Positions 29,798 through 49,649 of a stretch of DNA of 64,000 bases are shown here, one piece after another. Made by a program: the position numbers and the translations under genes. Below the pieces are notes generated by a model that was not told the DNA's origin, ran no database searches, and was given only the letters and a program-made list of their open reading frames with translations. Origin of the DNA: the human T2T-CHM13v2.0 reference genome, Homo sapiens; assembly GCF_009914755.1 (NCBI RefSeq), contig NC_060928.1. One strand, written 5' to 3'. Position 1 is the stretch's first letter; every line of letters starts with the position of its first letter.

Positions 29798-29936
29798 TCA
29801 GAAAAGGCAAAGAAATTCCTGTCTTGCTTTTCAGAACACTCATACTGGAGCCTTGAACCACTACGTAAAAGTCCAAAACCTTAAGGCCACCATGATGTGA
29901 AGACACCCAGACTAGCCCAGGTAGAAAGACCACATA

Positions 29937-30955
<1,019 letters not shown>

Positions 30956-31254
30956 AGACATAGCTAGGACCCACACAAAAAAAGAAAATTTATTTAATAA
31001 AATTATTGCTGTTTAAAACCATTGAGTTTTGGGGGTACTTTATTACAGAGCCACAGCAACTGGGACAATGTGTCAATGTGCTGTTTTCACCTTTCAAGGA
31101 GGCAGAGAAGATCTGTGAGCTACCAACCCTTAAAACACTTCCTAGTTCTCTGTCATCATAGAGGCATTTTCACAATTTGCTTTCTGTTGCATTCAGCCCA
31201 GAACCTGGAGGAGTTACGGCACTACTTGAGTAAGAACTTCATCCAAAGTCAATG

Positions 31255-31410
31255 ACAAGGGGCAGAGGGGTGAGGGTTGGAACATTACCTACTGGGTACA
31301 ATGTTCACTATTTGGGTGATGGGCGCACTAGAAGCCCAAGCCTCACAATTATACAAAATATATTCATGTAACAAACTTGCACATGTACCCCCTGAATCTA
31401 TAATGATATA
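31255..31410 (+). mobile_element. L1PB-type 3' end
   Basis: ttacctactgggtacaatgttcacta...catgtaccccctgaatcta. Confidence 0.8.
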
Positions 31411-32239
31411 TTTTTTAAAAGAAGAGATACATAAATGCCCAATAAGTACATGAAAACAACAGAAAAACAAGGTAAATGCCAAGAAATTATGTTCCCATTC
31501 TCAAAGAATGCCAAAAAAATAAATTTCAGTATCTAGTGATAAGGAGGCAACCTCTCTCACTGAATAAATACAAGTAATAAATTTGATGTTTGGGCTTGAG
31601 GCCATCAGCATATTTTATGATTGTAAAGGAATTATTTAATTTCTCAATGATCCATTTTTATTTGATTTAATTAAATAATATAGATTGGTCTCATGATAAC
31701 TGCAAGGTTCAGTTAGGCACTGCAGATAATAAGCAGTTATTCTTTATTTATTCAGTTGTTCATTCCACAAAAATTTACTGAGTGTCTACTAGGTATTATG
31801 TCAGACATTGTGCACAAAGCTTGAAATTTAGTAGTAAGCAAAGACAAAGGCCCTGCCCTCAAGAAGCTTACTGGAGAGTCAGAGAAGTAAAAAGACTTCA
31901 CATACAATGACTAAATGTTAAGCAGGAGTAGGTATAAATGCAAGAGCTCAATGATTCCTTAGAGAATCAAAGTTTGATTTTACTATAAGAAACTACAGAT
32001 TCACTTAAAATTGTTTTTTAAAGATTTACTACTTTTGAAGAGAGTATATGCCAAATAATCCTCTACCCATCATGTGTATATGAATTACAGTGGCATTTTG
32101 ATGTATTTTAAGAATTCTTTGTTTTCAATAAGTCAAAGTAAACCAAAACCAAGTAACATCCCAAAGCCCAGCAAGTCACTCATCAAGAGCCACATCATTG
32201 AATGTTCCAGTGCCACTGGATCTAAAAATGGAATATATT

Positions 32240-32589
<350 letters not shown>

Positions 32590-32616
32590 TTATTCTCACC
32601 TTCACTTTGTGTTTAC

Positions 32617-32886
32617 CTTTTGATGTTTGTTCCTGAGAAATAAAATCCATGTTTCCTTTAGACTCACAAACCAAACACGAGGAGCACATTTTAAATTCAC
32701 CTGTGATGTCTTGGCAAGTCCTGGTGAAGTTACGAAAATTGGAGGGATTTAGAAAGATTCTCATGATAATCTGAGTTTCCCTTACTGGTTGCAGAAAAGT
32801 CACAAAAGAAAAATTTAAGGAGGAGAGTGAATAGGTAAAATTAGATTGCAAACACACTTCCAGACATGATAGCTCCAATGTTCTTT
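32617..32886 (-). CDS. TMEM156: TMEM156 coding exon 2 (ectodomain, 270 nt, phase 1-1)
   Basis: Acceptor ttttttctttacAG|AAAGAACA, donor AAAAG|GTAAAC. Encodes ERTLELSCLEVC...QEQTSK, matching human TMEM156 as recalled, and splices in frame to the next exon. Confidence 0.95.
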
Positions 32887-32979
32887 CTGTAAAGAAAAAA
32901 GAAAAACACTTTCTTTACTGTAAAGCTTTGAGTTTTTGGCATTCAAATAAATACACAGTATGCTCCCAGTTTTTCTTAG

Positions 32980-33293
<314 letters not shown>

Positions 33294-33520
33294 GCCATGG
33301 TGCCCAGCAACATTTCTCTTTTAAACCTGTGAACATTCCCTATTAACTTTCAGAGAAGAGGTGTCTTTATAAAGAAGCGCTTGGAATCTCAGCATTTTAA
33401 CCATTCTCTATTCTGGGGAATTTTTTATGGACAAACCTTCTGAATCCATCTGTTCCAAAATAAAGACTCAAGTCAATTGCATGGAGTTGAACAGGGTATG
33501 AAAACTTTGAACAGTATCTC

Positions 33521-33955
33521 TGTATCAGTTTCCTAGGGCTGCTGTAACAAATTTCCACAACCTTGGTAATTTAAAACAAGAAAAATTCATTCTCTCACAG
33601 TTTTGGAGGCCAGAAGTCCAACATCGTTTCAGTAGTCAGAAGTTGAGAGGTCTACATGATTGTACTACCTCTGGAGGTTCTAGGGAAGAATCTGTTCCTT
33701 GGCCCTCTGGTGGCTGCTGGCATTCCTTGGCTTGTGGCCACATCACTCTAATCTCTGTCTCCATAGTCATATTGCTTTCTCCTCTGTGTCTCTGTTTCTA
33801 CTAGCCAAAAAGGCTAATCCAGAATAATCTTCACATCTCAAGACCTTCAACTTAGTCACATCTGTAAAGACCCTTTTTCCTTATAAGGTGACATTGACAG
33901 GTTTCCAGAATTAGCACCAGATATCTTTAGACGGCCATTATTCAGCCTACCACAA
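33521..33955 (-). mobile_element. MLT1 (B/C-like) LTR
   Basis: tgtatcagtttcctagggctgctgtaacaaa through attcagcctaccaca. Confidence 0.85.
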
Positions 33956-34083
33956 CTTCTAAAGATGAAATTTAACAAGATGACAGCCTAATTTTTACTT
34001 TTGTCTGAAGACAAACATAAGATATGGAAATTATGGTATAATAGAAATAATACTGAGTTCAGAAACAAAAGACAAACACTCTA

Positions 34084-34378
34084 GGCTGGGTGTGGTGGCT
34101 CACACCTGTAATCCCAGTCCTTTTGGAGGCAGAGGTGGGCAGATTGCTTGAGCTCAGGAGTTTGAGATCAGCCTGGACAACATGGCCACCCCATCTCTAC
34201 AAAAAATACAAAAATTAGCCAGGCGGGGTGGTGCACTCCTGTAGTCCTTACTACTCAGGATGCTGAGGTAGAAGGATCACTTAAGCCTGGGAGGTTGAAG
34301 CTGCAGTGAACCATGATCACACCACTGCACTTCAGCTTGGGCAACAAAGGGAGACCATGTCTCAAAAGGAGAAAAAAG
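34084..34378 (+). mobile_element. AluJ
   Basis: Dimer. Confidence 0.92.
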
Positions 34379-34537
34379 ATTCCAGTGCTATATCTGTCAG
34401 TCATTAGTCAAGATACTTAGACAATTTACTTAATCTCCACGAGTCTAATTTTCTTACTAGCAAAATAGAGATAAGCCTGCTAATCTCATGGGGTTATAGT
34501 AACATCAAATTGTATAGTACATATGAAAACACTTTTA

Positions 34538-34929
<392 letters not shown>

Positions 34930-35094
34930 TTAGGACAGAATTATCTATGATTTAATTCATAAAAATAATCAAAGCTTACTGTGTAAAAATTGGGAATTCC
35001 TATTTAGCAGTAATGATCAACTAAGGAATAGGCAACCTATCTTTCAGAAATTCCCAGTCTGATAGTCTTTTGTTAGCATAAGAAAACAACCGAC

Positions 35095-35388
<294 letters not shown>

Positions 35389-35481
35389 AAACAACTGACA
35401 TGGTTAATTCCACCTTTATGTAGCATCTTCACCATTTCTCATATAATCATTTGGGGCAAAATATATTTTTAAGATTTCTAA

Positions 35482-37035
<1,554 letters not shown>

Positions 37036-37304
37036 AATAATTACCCCTACTCATATACCTTGCTTCAAACTTGAAAAAAATCAAGCTCATGATTGATATT
37101 AAAGCATTTTTAAAATGTGTATAATTTGTATTTTGATAGTAATTCCATAAGTGTTTAATCACTGGTGATTTTTGTTTTTATTTAATAAATTAAGAGCTAA
37201 TTTACTAGCCTTCTATATTTGAAATTTCTTCTGTAATAATTCACATTTAATTTCCAGCTATACAAAATTTACTCAAATACACAATTTCATTATGTCTTAA
37301 TATA

Positions 37305-37580
37305 TTTATTTATTTTATTTTATTTTAAGATGGAGTTTTGCTCTTGTTGCCTAGGCTGGAGTGCAGTGGCATGATCTCGGCTCACTGCAACCTCTTCCTC
37401 CTGGGTTCAAGTGATTTTTCTGCCTCACCCTCCTGAATAGCTAGGATTACAGGCATGCACCACCACGCCCGGCTGATTTTGTATTTTTAGTGGAGACGGG
37501 GTTTCTTCATGTTTGTCAGGCTGGTCTTGAACTCCCGACCTCAGGTGATCCGCCCACCTCGGCCTCCCAAAGTGCTGGGA
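37305..37580 (-). mobile_element. AluSp-like, 5' truncated
   Basis: Dimer lacking its first about 25 nt. Confidence 0.9.
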
Positions 37581-38734
37581 TCTTAATATATTTATAATCA
37601 AAGTTGTAATCAGATTGTAACTACAATAAAAAAAATTGCCTTCACTAATAATGCCCCAGGAAGGATATGGAGATGCACCATCTGATGGAACTCCATAATC
37701 TATATCTTTTTTAATATCACTAAAATACATGAAAAACTGATTTCTTGCCATCTTTCCATTTTCCTCACTGGCACTTTTCATTTTATGAAACTTTCAACTT
37801 CTTCAATTTATATTGCTATGATATGACCTAAAAGAGAGATAGAGAAATGTTTACTGTCAATAGTGTAGTCTTCTTATTCAATAAGTGACCAACTGAGCTT
37901 TCTAGAATTGATGACAGATCCTTTATATTCGGCTATGGGGTAATTTCGTGATGATTTTTAAACCTCAGCTTTAAATAATTGAATTGGAAAAGAAATAAAT
38001 AGAAGACACATCCTTCCCCAGTATAATTTTAAGAAATAAATAAATTCTACTCAATCATTTTTGCTATCAGGTGGACTATATTCTCATCTCCATAAGCAAG
38101 GATTTATGAATTTAACTGCTGCCATTAATACTGCTGAGAGTCAACATCTAAATGTTCACTCTCAGAGATGGAAATGCATTCCAGAATTACTCCAGTACTA
38201 AGACTGCAACCTCTCAGAGGAAGTACATAGAATACTGAACAGAATTGGGAAAATACATGGCACTATAGGACAAATGCTCAAGTCAAATATTTTCTCTTTT
38301 TAAAGAAAAGCAACAGTAAGATTAAAGAAACATCAACTACCTTTCTTTTTAAACTTTTATTATAAAAATATATTATACACACATATATAAAATGTATTGT
38401 GCCAGTTAAATAATAATAACTAAGACCCATGTACCTATCACCCAGATTAAGAAACAGAATATTACCAATGCATTTGAAGCACCCCTATCTCTTCTCACCC
38501 CTACACTATAGCATAGTTTAGAAATATATACATATATATGGAATATACCATATGTATTCTGTGATTTGCTTTTACTTTGCTTAACATGTTTTAGTCATGT
38601 TGATACATAGAGCTGTAGTTAATTATATATGGTATTTTTATGAATGAATATACTATAATTTATTTATTCATTCTTCTGACAGTGAACATTTGTGTTGTTC
38701 CATTTTTTGCTGTTATGAATAATGTTGCTGTGAA

Positions 38735-39715
38735 CTGAAACTCTCATACATTGCTGGTAGGAATGTAAAATAGTATAATCATTCTGGAAAACAGATTTTC
38801 TTATGAGTTAAACATATACTTACCATATGACCCAAAAATTCCACTCCTAGAAATTTACACAAGAGAAATAAAAACATATGTCCACATGAAGACCTGTACG
38901 TGAATTTTTATAGCAGCTTTCTTACTTATAATAGCCAAGAACTGGAAACAATTCAAATGTCTAAAAACTAGTGAATATATAAACAACTCTTGCTGTATTC
39001 ATGTAATGGGATACCACTCAGCCACAAAAAGGAACAAACTACAAGCAACAGCGTGGATGAATCTCAAAAGCATTATAAAGAGGACAAAATCAAGTGACTA
39101 TATATTGTATGATTCCACTTATATGACATTCAAGAAAATGGAAAAGTGCATTGGCAGTAGGAGAAGGGCTCTTCTGTAATGGAGCTTTGTAATGTACGAT
39201 TCGGCTTTGTGTCCCTACCTAAATCTCATCTTGAATTATAATCCCCAGATGTTGAGGGAGGGACCTGGTGGGAGATGACTGGATCATGGGTTAGTTTCCC
39301 CCAGGCTATTCTTGGGATAGTGAGTGAGTTCTCACAAGATCTGATGGTTTTATAAGAGCCTCTTCCCTCTTTGCTCTCCCTTCTGTCTCCTGCTGCCTTG
39401 TGAAGAGCTGCCTTCTTCCCCTTCACCTTCCACCATGACTGTAAGTTTCCTGAGGCCTCCCCAGCCATGCAGAACTGGGAGTCAATTAAACTTCTTTCCT
39501 TTATAAATTACCCAGTCTCGGATAGTATCTTTATACAGTGTGAAAACAGACTAATACAAGCAAGAAGAAACTTTTAGGAGTGATAGAAAGTGTTATATCC
39601 TAATTGTGGTGGTAGGTACACTGGTGTGTACATTTGTCAAAACTCATCAAACTATACACTTAAAGTAGGAGCATTTTGCTGTACGTAAATTATATGTCTG
39701 TGAAGTTGATGTTAA
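38735..39715 (+). mobile_element. L1M(C/E) 3' fragment nested in an opposite-strand L1
   Basis: aactctcatacattgctggtaggaatg...catatgacccaaaaattccactcctag...catttgtcaaaactcatc. Confidence 0.75.
39192..39558 (+). mobile_element. THE1D/MSTA-type LTR
   Basis: aaatctcatcttgaattataatcccc through cagactaataca. Confidence 0.88.
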
Positions 39716-39786
39716 AATAATGCTACTCTGAAAATTGATGAACATGTCTTTAGTGTACACTAAGGGTTTAATTACTGGGTATTTAG

Positions 39787-40222
<436 letters not shown>

Positions 40223-40606
40223 TGAGTGTTAAATAGAATCTCATCATGGTTTTAATGTATATTTTCCTAATTTTCTCGATTTTTTCTAAGTTTTGATTTT
40301 TTGTTAGGTTGTCTTTTATTTAATTAATGTTTAGAAGTTATTTACGTTTTCTGCTTAAAATTTCAATGAATTCTCTACATTTTTTATCAGGATATCTTCT
40401 CACAGTACCTTATCTATTTATTTTTTTTGATCTTTCAGTTAAAGGGAGCTCTTAATGTAGTGAATTTATCAACCACTTTCTTTCTAATTTGAGCTTTGTG
40501 TCTGAAGTCCTTCTTCCTTAAGGTTAAAAAGATCTTTACCTATATTTTCTTCTAAAAGTTGTTTTTAAAGTTTCGCCTTTCACATTTCATTTCTTAATAT
40601 ACGGAC

Positions 40607-40944
40607 TGCCTGGGCACAGTGGCTCATGCCTGTAATCCCAGCCCTTTGGGAGGCCAAGGTGGGTGGGTCACTTGAGTCCAGGAGCTTGAAACCAGCCTGG
40701 CCAACGTGGCAAAACCCCATCTCTACAAAAAATACAAAATAATAATAATAATAATGATAATAATAATTAGCCAGGCGTGGTAGTGCGTGTCTGTGGTCCC
40801 AGCTACTACAGAGGGTGAAGTAGGAGGGTTGCTTGAGCCCAGGAGGTTGAGGCCGTGGTGAGCCATGATCATACCACTGCAGTCCAGACTGGGTGACAGA
40901 GCAAGAACCTGTCTAAAACAAACAAACAAACAAAAAAACAAAAA
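40607..40944 (+). mobile_element. AluJ with a (TAA)n linker and (CAAA)n tail
   Basis: Dimer. Confidence 0.92.
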
Positions 40945-41384
40945 CATGGAATTGTATACAGTACGATGTGTGGAACTAAATTTGTTTTTTCTTTATGTAT
41001 AACCAATTACACTAGCATTTATTGAGTAGTCTATCTTTTCTTATCTGTAATGACACCTCTGTCATATAAAGTTTCCAGGTACATATAAGCGTGTTTCCGG
41101 GTTCTCAATTTTGTTCCTTTAGTCCATTTTTCCATCTTTGCAAAGGTATCATGCTGGGAAACTACTTTTCCTGTATACAAGCTCTTATATCTGAGAGGAA
41201 AAAGTCCCGTCGCCTTGTTATTTTTCTTCAGAAGTATCTTAGCAATCCTTCGCTCATTTCAATAAATTTTAAAATCAGCTTGTTAAGTGGTGAAGTACCC
41301 GGTGGTACTTTTGACTTGATTCTAGAAATCAGTTGGAGAAGAAAGATATGAAACTGAATCCCTCCTATCATTCATTTCTTCCTT

Positions 41385-41729
41385 TCTTTTTATTTATTTA
41401 TGTATTTATTTATCTATTTTTTATTTTTTTATTTTTATGTTTTGAAACAGAGTCTTGCTCTGTCACCAGGCTGGAGTGCAGTGATCTTGGCTAACTGCAT
41501 AACTGCAACTTCTGCCTCCCGAGTTCAAACGATTCTCCTGCCTCCGCCTCCCAAGTAGCTGGGACTACAGGCACGTGCCACCACACCCAGCTCATTTTTT
41601 TGGTATTTTTTGGTAGAGATGGGGTTTCACCATGTTGGCCAGGATGGTCTTAATCTCCTGACCTTGTGATCTGCCTGCCTCGGCCTCCCAAAGTGCTGAG
41701 ATTACAGGCATGAGCCACTGCACCCAGCC
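41385..41729 (-). mobile_element. AluSc-like
   Basis: Dimer with a (TTTA)n tail. Confidence 0.92.
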
Positions 41730-42604
41730 CTTTCTGTCTATTTATGTAGAGTTCTTTGGTTTCTTTGATATCTTTCAATAAGTTTTCTAAATTTTCTCCA
41801 TTATGATCTTATATATTATTAGATTAATAATTAGTTAGATTTCCTCCTAGGCGCCTTGCTTTTTGTTGCTATTGTCAATAGCATCTTTTAGGAAATATGT
41901 TTTCTGTCTGTTGGTAGTATATGGAAATACAATTGACCTTTAAATATCAATCTTATTTTTTGCCACTTTATTAAACTTTTTTATTAACTTTAATTTTTAT
42001 AGCTTTTGGGCTTTCTATGCAAATATGCATATTGACTGCAAATAATTATAACTTTATTTCTTACTTTCCAATCTTCATACTTTTTATTTCTTATACTTGT
42101 CTTACTGCAATGTCAAGGACGTTCAGTACCATGTTGAATAGAAATTATGAGAGTGGGCATTCTTGCTTGCTCCTGATTTTAAGAACACTTACAATGTATC
42201 ATCATTGATAATATTTCTTATAATTATTTTAGATGCCCTTTAGCAATTTAAGCAAATTCTCTTTTAGTCCTAGTTTGCTGGGAATTTTTAATTATAAGGG
42301 CTATTGAATATAATTGAATGCTCTTTCAACAATTATTAAGATGATTATATAGTATTTCTTCTTTGATCTGTTAATGTAGTGAATTACATTATTAGATTTT
42401 TCTAATGCTAACTTAATCTTGCACTCCAGTAATAAATCTAATTTGATCATTCTTCTACATTGCTGCTTGTGTATTCTTAATGTTTTGTTTCAAAGTTCTA
42501 TGTCTATATTTATAACTGAGATTGGCTTGTAAATTTTTCTTTTTGTCTCATTTTTGTTGAGTATGAGTAACAAGGTATACTAGCCTTAAAAAATAAGTTG
42601 AATA

Positions 42605-45600
42605 CCAAGAGGCACTCTTAAAACCAGACAAATACATGGAAACTCAACAACTTGCTCCTGAATGAAATCAAAAAATTCTTTGAAACAAATGAAAATAGAG
42701 AAACAATCTACTACAACATCTAGGTTACAACAAAAGCAGTGTTAAAAGAAAAGTTTATAGTGTCAATTCCTATATCAAGAAGATAAATCTTAAATTAACA
42801 ACCTAAGCATACACCTAGAGGAACTAAAACATAAGAACAAATTAAACCCAAAGCTATCAGAAACAAAGAAATAACTAAAATCAGTGTAGATGAAATGAAA
42901 TTGAGGCCCCAAAAAACCATACAGAGGTTCAATGAAACAAAAGTTGTTTTTTCAAAGGATAAACAAGATTAATAAACTGCTACCTAGATTAAAAAAGAAA
43001 AAGAGAAGAGCTAAATAACCATGATCAGAAATGACAAAGGTAACATTACAACTGATCACACAGAAATACAAAAGACCCTCAGAGACTACTATCTCTGCAT
43101 ACAAACCAGAAAATCTAGAGGAAAATGGATAAATTTCTGGAAACACACAACCTCCCAAGACTGAACCAGGAAGGAACAGAAATTTCAAACAGACCAATAA
43201 TGAATAAGGAAATTGAATCAGTAATAAAAAACCTACCAGCCCAGAACAGCCCTGGACCAAATTAATTCACAGCCAATTTCTACCAGACATAAAAGAAAGA
43301 GCTGCTACCAATCCTACTGAAATTATTCCAAAAAATTGAGGAGAAAGGATTCTTCCCTAATTTATTCTATGAAACCAGTATCATCCTGACACCAAGATCT
43401 AGCAAAGACACAACAAAAAAAGGAAACTATAGGCTAATTTCCTTGATGAACATAGATGCAAAAATTCTCAGCAAAATATTAGCAAACCAAATCCAACAGC
43501 ATATCAAGCAATTAATTCACCACAATCAAGTGGGCTTTATTCCTGGGATGCAAGGATATTTCAACATATGCAACTCAATACATGTGATTCACCACATAAA
43601 CAGAAATAAAAACAAAAACCGTATGATCATCTCAATAGACGCAGAAAAAGCATTCAATAAAATCCAACATTTTTTCATGATAAAAGCCCTCAACAAACTA
43701 GACATTGAAGGAACACACCTCAAAATAATAAGAGCCATCTATGGCAAGCTTACAGCCAACATTGTACTGACCAGGCAAAAGTTGGAAGTGCTCTTCCTAA
43801 GAATGAGAACAAGACAAAGATGTCAACTCTCACCATTCTTATTCAACAAAGTACTGGAAGTCCTAGCCAGGGCAATCAAGCAAGAGAGAAATAAAAGGAA
43901 TCCAAATAGGAAAAGAGAAGTCAAGTTATCTCTCTTCATTGATGATATGATTATATACCTAGAAAACCCTAAAAATTCCGTGAAAAGACTCCTAGATCTA
44001 ATGACTTGAGCAAAGTCTCAGGATACAAAATCAATGTACAAAAATCAGTAGCATTTCTATACACCAATAACATTCAAGCTGAGAATCAAATGAAGAATGC
44101 AATCCCATTTAAAATAACCACAAAAAAACATGAAATAAAACACCTAGGAATACATCTAACCAAGGAGATGAAAGATCTCTGCAAGGAGAACTACAAAACA
44201 CTGATGAAAGAAATCATAGATAACACAAACAAATAAAAAAGCATTTCATGCTCATGGATCAGAATAATCAATATCATTAAAGCATCCATACTGCCCAAAG
44301 CAATCTACAGATTCAACGCTATTCTTACCAAATTACCAATGTCACTTTTCAGAATTAGAGAAAACTATTCTAAAATTCATATGAACCACCCACCCACCAC
44401 ACACACAAAATAGCCAAAATAGCCAAAGCAATCCTAAGCAAAAAGAACAAAGCCAGAGGCATCATATCTTCCAACTTCAAACTATACTACAAGGCTAGAG
44501 TAACAAAAACAGCATGGTAATGGTACAAAAACATTAATAGACACATAGACTAATGCAACAGAATAGAGACCCCTGAAATAAAGCTGCACACCTACAACCA
44601 ACTGATCTTTGATGAAGCTGACAAAAGTAAACACTGGGGAAAGGATACTCTATTCAATAAATGCTGCGGAGAAAACTGGCTAACCATAGGCAAAGAATGA
44701 AACTGGACCCCTTTCACTATATACAAAAATTAACTAAAGGTAGATTAAAGATCTAAATGTAAGACCTCAAACTATAAAAATCCTAAAAGAAAACCTAGGA
44801 AATACTTTTCTAGACATGAACTTAGGCAAAGAAATTATGAATAAGTCCTCAAAAGCAAATGCAACACAAACAAAAATTGACAATTGGAACATTATTAAAC
44901 TAAAGGGTTTCTTCACTGCAAAATAAACTATCAACAGAGTAAAGAGACAACCTACAAAATGGAAGAAAATATTTGTAAACTATGGATCTTACTAAGGGCT
45001 AATATACAAAATCTATAAGGAACTGAAACAAACCAACAAGAAAAAAACCAACCCCATTAAAAAGTGGGCAAAGTACATGAACAGACACTTCTCAAGATAT
45101 CCAAGCAGCCAACAAATATATTAAAAAATGCTCAACATCACTAATTGTTACAGAGATATAAATCAAAACCACAATGTGATACCATTTCACACTAGTCAGA
45201 ATGACTATTATTTAAAAAATCACAGACATTCACAAGGTTGCAAAGAAAAGGAAGTTTATATGCTGTTAGTGGAAATACAAATTAGTTCAGGCCCTGTGGA
45301 AAGCAGTTTGGAGATTTCTGAAAGAACTGAAAATAGAATTGTCATTTGACCGAGTAATCTTATTATTGGGAATATACCTAAAAGAAGATAAATCGTTCTA
45401 CCAAAAAGACACCTGCACTCATACGTTTATCACAGCACTATTCACAGTAGCAAAGACATGGAATCAATCCATCAGTGGTGGCTCATGCCTGTAATCCCAG
45501 CACTTTGGGAAGCCAAGGCAGGTGAATCACGAGGTCAGGAGTTCAAGACCAGTCTGGCCAAGATGGTGAAACCCCATCTCTACTAAAAATACAAAAATTA

Positions 45601-46150
45601 GCCAGGCATGGTGGCATGCACCTGTAATCCCAGCTACCCGGGAGGCTGAGGCAGAGAATTGCTTAAACCCGGGAGGCGGAGGTTGCAGTGAGCCGACATC
45701 ACATAATTGCACTCCAGCCTGGACAACAGAGTGAGACTCCATCTCAAAAATAATAATAATAATAAAAGAAAATATGGTACGTATACACCATGGAATACTA
45801 TTCAGCCATAAAAAAGATTGAAATCATGTCCTTTGCAGCAACATGGTTGCAGCTGAAGGCCATTATCCCAAGCAAATTAATGCAGAAACAGAAAAACAAA
45901 TACCACATGTTCTCATTTATAAGTGGTAGCTAAACATTGGGTACACACAGACACAAAGACGGGCTCAACAGACACTGGGTATTCCCAAAGTGGGAAGGGA
46001 GGGAAGGAAGCAAGGGCTTAAAAACTACCTATTGGGTAATATGTTCACCACTTGGGCAATGGGATCATTAGAAGCCCAAACCTCAGCATCACATAATATA
46101 TCCATGTAACAAACCTGCACATGTACCCTCTGAATCTAAAATTTAAAAAT
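42605..46150 (+). mobile_element. Old L1P (L1PA15-17/L1PB-like) with disrupted ORF2
   Basis: ORF fragments 43443-44009 and 44006-44236 resemble L1 RT ([26 protein letters not shown]); multiple stops and frameshifts; L1P 3' UTR present. Confidence 0.92.
45475..45765 (+). mobile_element. AluSg-like inside L1
   Basis: Dimer, 5' clipped. Confidence 0.92.
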
Positions 46151-46496
46151 GATATAGTACTTAAAAATATATTAATGAAATACATTACATCAGTGGGTCT
46201 AAAAGAATATGAACTACATCTAGATGCTTCAAAATCACGTAATAAATGTCACATTTATTTGCAAATTACTATATTCTCTTTGTAAAAGAGAAATATTCTT
46301 ACATTATAAAGTCTATCTGTCTCAGACCAAAATATCAATAGCACTAAGGATACTGATGTAAATATATTTTAGTGATAAACACTATAAATATTTATGTCAA
46401 AGTTATGAAAAAGCAAGAAATTTTCCCTATAAATATTTGCCAGGAAAATCTGCCAAAGCAATTAGGAGAAAACATTGATTAGAAATAGGTGGAGAA

Positions 46497-47325
<829 letters not shown>

Positions 47326-47342
47326 AGAGTAGTATGACATAA

Positions 47343-47665
<323 letters not shown>

Positions 47666-47865
47666 AATTGTTATAATTATTTACAGACAAAAGTGTGTAT
47701 TTAAAAAAGCTAAAACAGTCAACTGAAAAATGGTAAAAATTAAGAGGATATATCTGTAATGTAGATATACCTATACATTTCACTATGTAAGATCATTCAT
47801 CCAAAGGTTTAAATACTGTCAAATACTTATATTTTATAATTGTAGTGTAATGTAAATATATAGGC

Positions 47866-48143
47866 CATGGTCTGCAACTTAGTTTCTATAAGGGGTCATT
47901 TAGTAAATGTTTTAGCCTTTGTGGGTCATATGGTCTCTGTTGCAACTACACAATTCTCACCTTATAGGATGAAAACAGCCACAGAAAATGCATATAAAAA
48001 TGAGTATGGCTGCATTCCAATAAAACTTTATTTATGGATACTAAACTTCAAGTTTAATATAATTTTTATGTCATAAAATATTCTTTATTTCCCAACCATT
48101 TTAAACAAAAGAGGCTGTAAAAGACCATAGTTTACTGACCCCT
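47866..48143. mobile_element. MER58B-like hAT DNA transposon
   Basis: tagtaaatgttttagcctttgtgggtcatatggtctctgttgcaactac...ccaataaaactttattt; end ctgacccctg. Confidence 0.8.
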
Positions 48144-48442
48144 GAATAAGCTATAAGTGATATTATCACGAGTCAATCTGCCATGTATTACGACATCAAA
48201 AACAGCACTGTCAAAGTCCATATCATGTCATGAAGAATTTCATAAACTTAATGGAAGAAAGATGATTGACTAACAGATATATAGGCAGGAAGATAATTTT
48301 GAATGTAAAGGTTAGGAAGGGCAGGTAGAAGACATTGAGGGGTTTAATGAACCAATGAAATCATCTTCTCCAGTTTCTGTAGATAGAATCACAATAAATT
48401 CTGATGTTGCTTTTGTCACACCCCTATGCAAAAATCAGCAAG

Positions 48443-48739
48443 AGCCAGGTGTGGTAGTTCACACCTGTAATCCCAGCACTTTGGGAGGCGGAGGTGGGCA
48501 GATCACTTGAGGTCAGGAGTTTGAGGCCAGCCTGGCCAACATGGTGAAACCCTGTCTCTAATAAAAATACAAAAATTAGCTGGGCATGGTGGTGTGTACC
48601 TGTAATCCAGCTACTCGGGAGGCTGAGGCAGGAGACTCTCTTGAACCCAGGAGGCTGAGGTTGCAGTGAGCGGAGATTGTACCATTGCACTACAGCCTGG
48701 GCAGCAAAGTGAGACTCCATCTCAAAAAAAAAAAAAAAA
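48443..48739 (+). mobile_element. AluSx-like
   Basis: TSD aaaaatcagcaaga. Confidence 0.95.
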
Positions 48740-49167
48740 TCAGCAAGAATTTCCCAGTAAATAAAATTTTCATCTTTTTTTAAAAAAGAAATAAATAAAT
48801 GTCTCCTCTTTTTTATGCTTTGAAAAAAATTACATAAAATTACATTTATCTGTTTGGTCTGTTTCTTGAAAGTTTGGCAGGAATTGCCTGGAAAATCATC
48901 TGAAACTAGTGTGAAAATCATCTGAAACAGAGAAGATTAAAAACCATGGACTGAGTTTCTTTAATTGTTGTAAAACTCTTGAGCTTTCCATTGCTTCCTA
49001 AGTAAGTTTCCTAGATATGTGTCTTTGTGTTTCAAATTTATTGACATAAATTATTCACAATATCCTCTTATTACATCTTTAATTTTGCTATGTCTGTAGT
49101 TATATCCCTTTTTAATTTCTAACATTAGTTACTTGTACCTTCTCTCATTTTTTTTATTATTCAGTTT

Positions 49168-49649
49168 TGGCAGGCAGAATAAGTGTCCCTATCTTAATTC
49201 CTGGAACCTGTAAATATATTACATAACATGGCAAAGTGGAATTAAGGCAGAAGATGGAATTCAGGTTGTTAATCAGCTGATCTTAAAATGAAGAAATTAT
49301 CCTGGATTATCTGGGTGGATCCAGTGTAATCATGAATGTGGAATTGGGTAGCAGAAGAGTCAATGTCAGAGTGATACAATATGAGAAAGACTCAGCAGGC
49401 CATTGCTGGCTTTGAAGATGGAAGGAGGCCACAAGCCAAGGAATTCAGACAGCTTCCAGAAGCTGGAAACAGCCAGAAAATGGATTCTAGTCTAGAGCCT
49501 CCAAAAGGAACACAGTCTTACTGATACCTTGATTTTAGCCCGGGGATACCTCTGTTGAATGTCTAACCTATACTGTGAGACAATACATTTGTGTCATTTT
49601 AAGCCACTAAGTTTATGATCATTTGTTACAGCAGCCCTAAGAAATTAAC
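49168..49649 (+). mobile_element. MLT1D-like LTR
   Basis: ggcaggcagaataa...ttgctggctttgaagatggaagg...ttttaagccactaagttt. Confidence 0.85.

Noticed and set aside
43443-44236. Reverse-transcriptase-like ORFs suggesting an active or novel retroelement
   Set aside because: Ordinary decayed L1 ORF2 with frameshifts and stops and no 5' UTR or ORF1.
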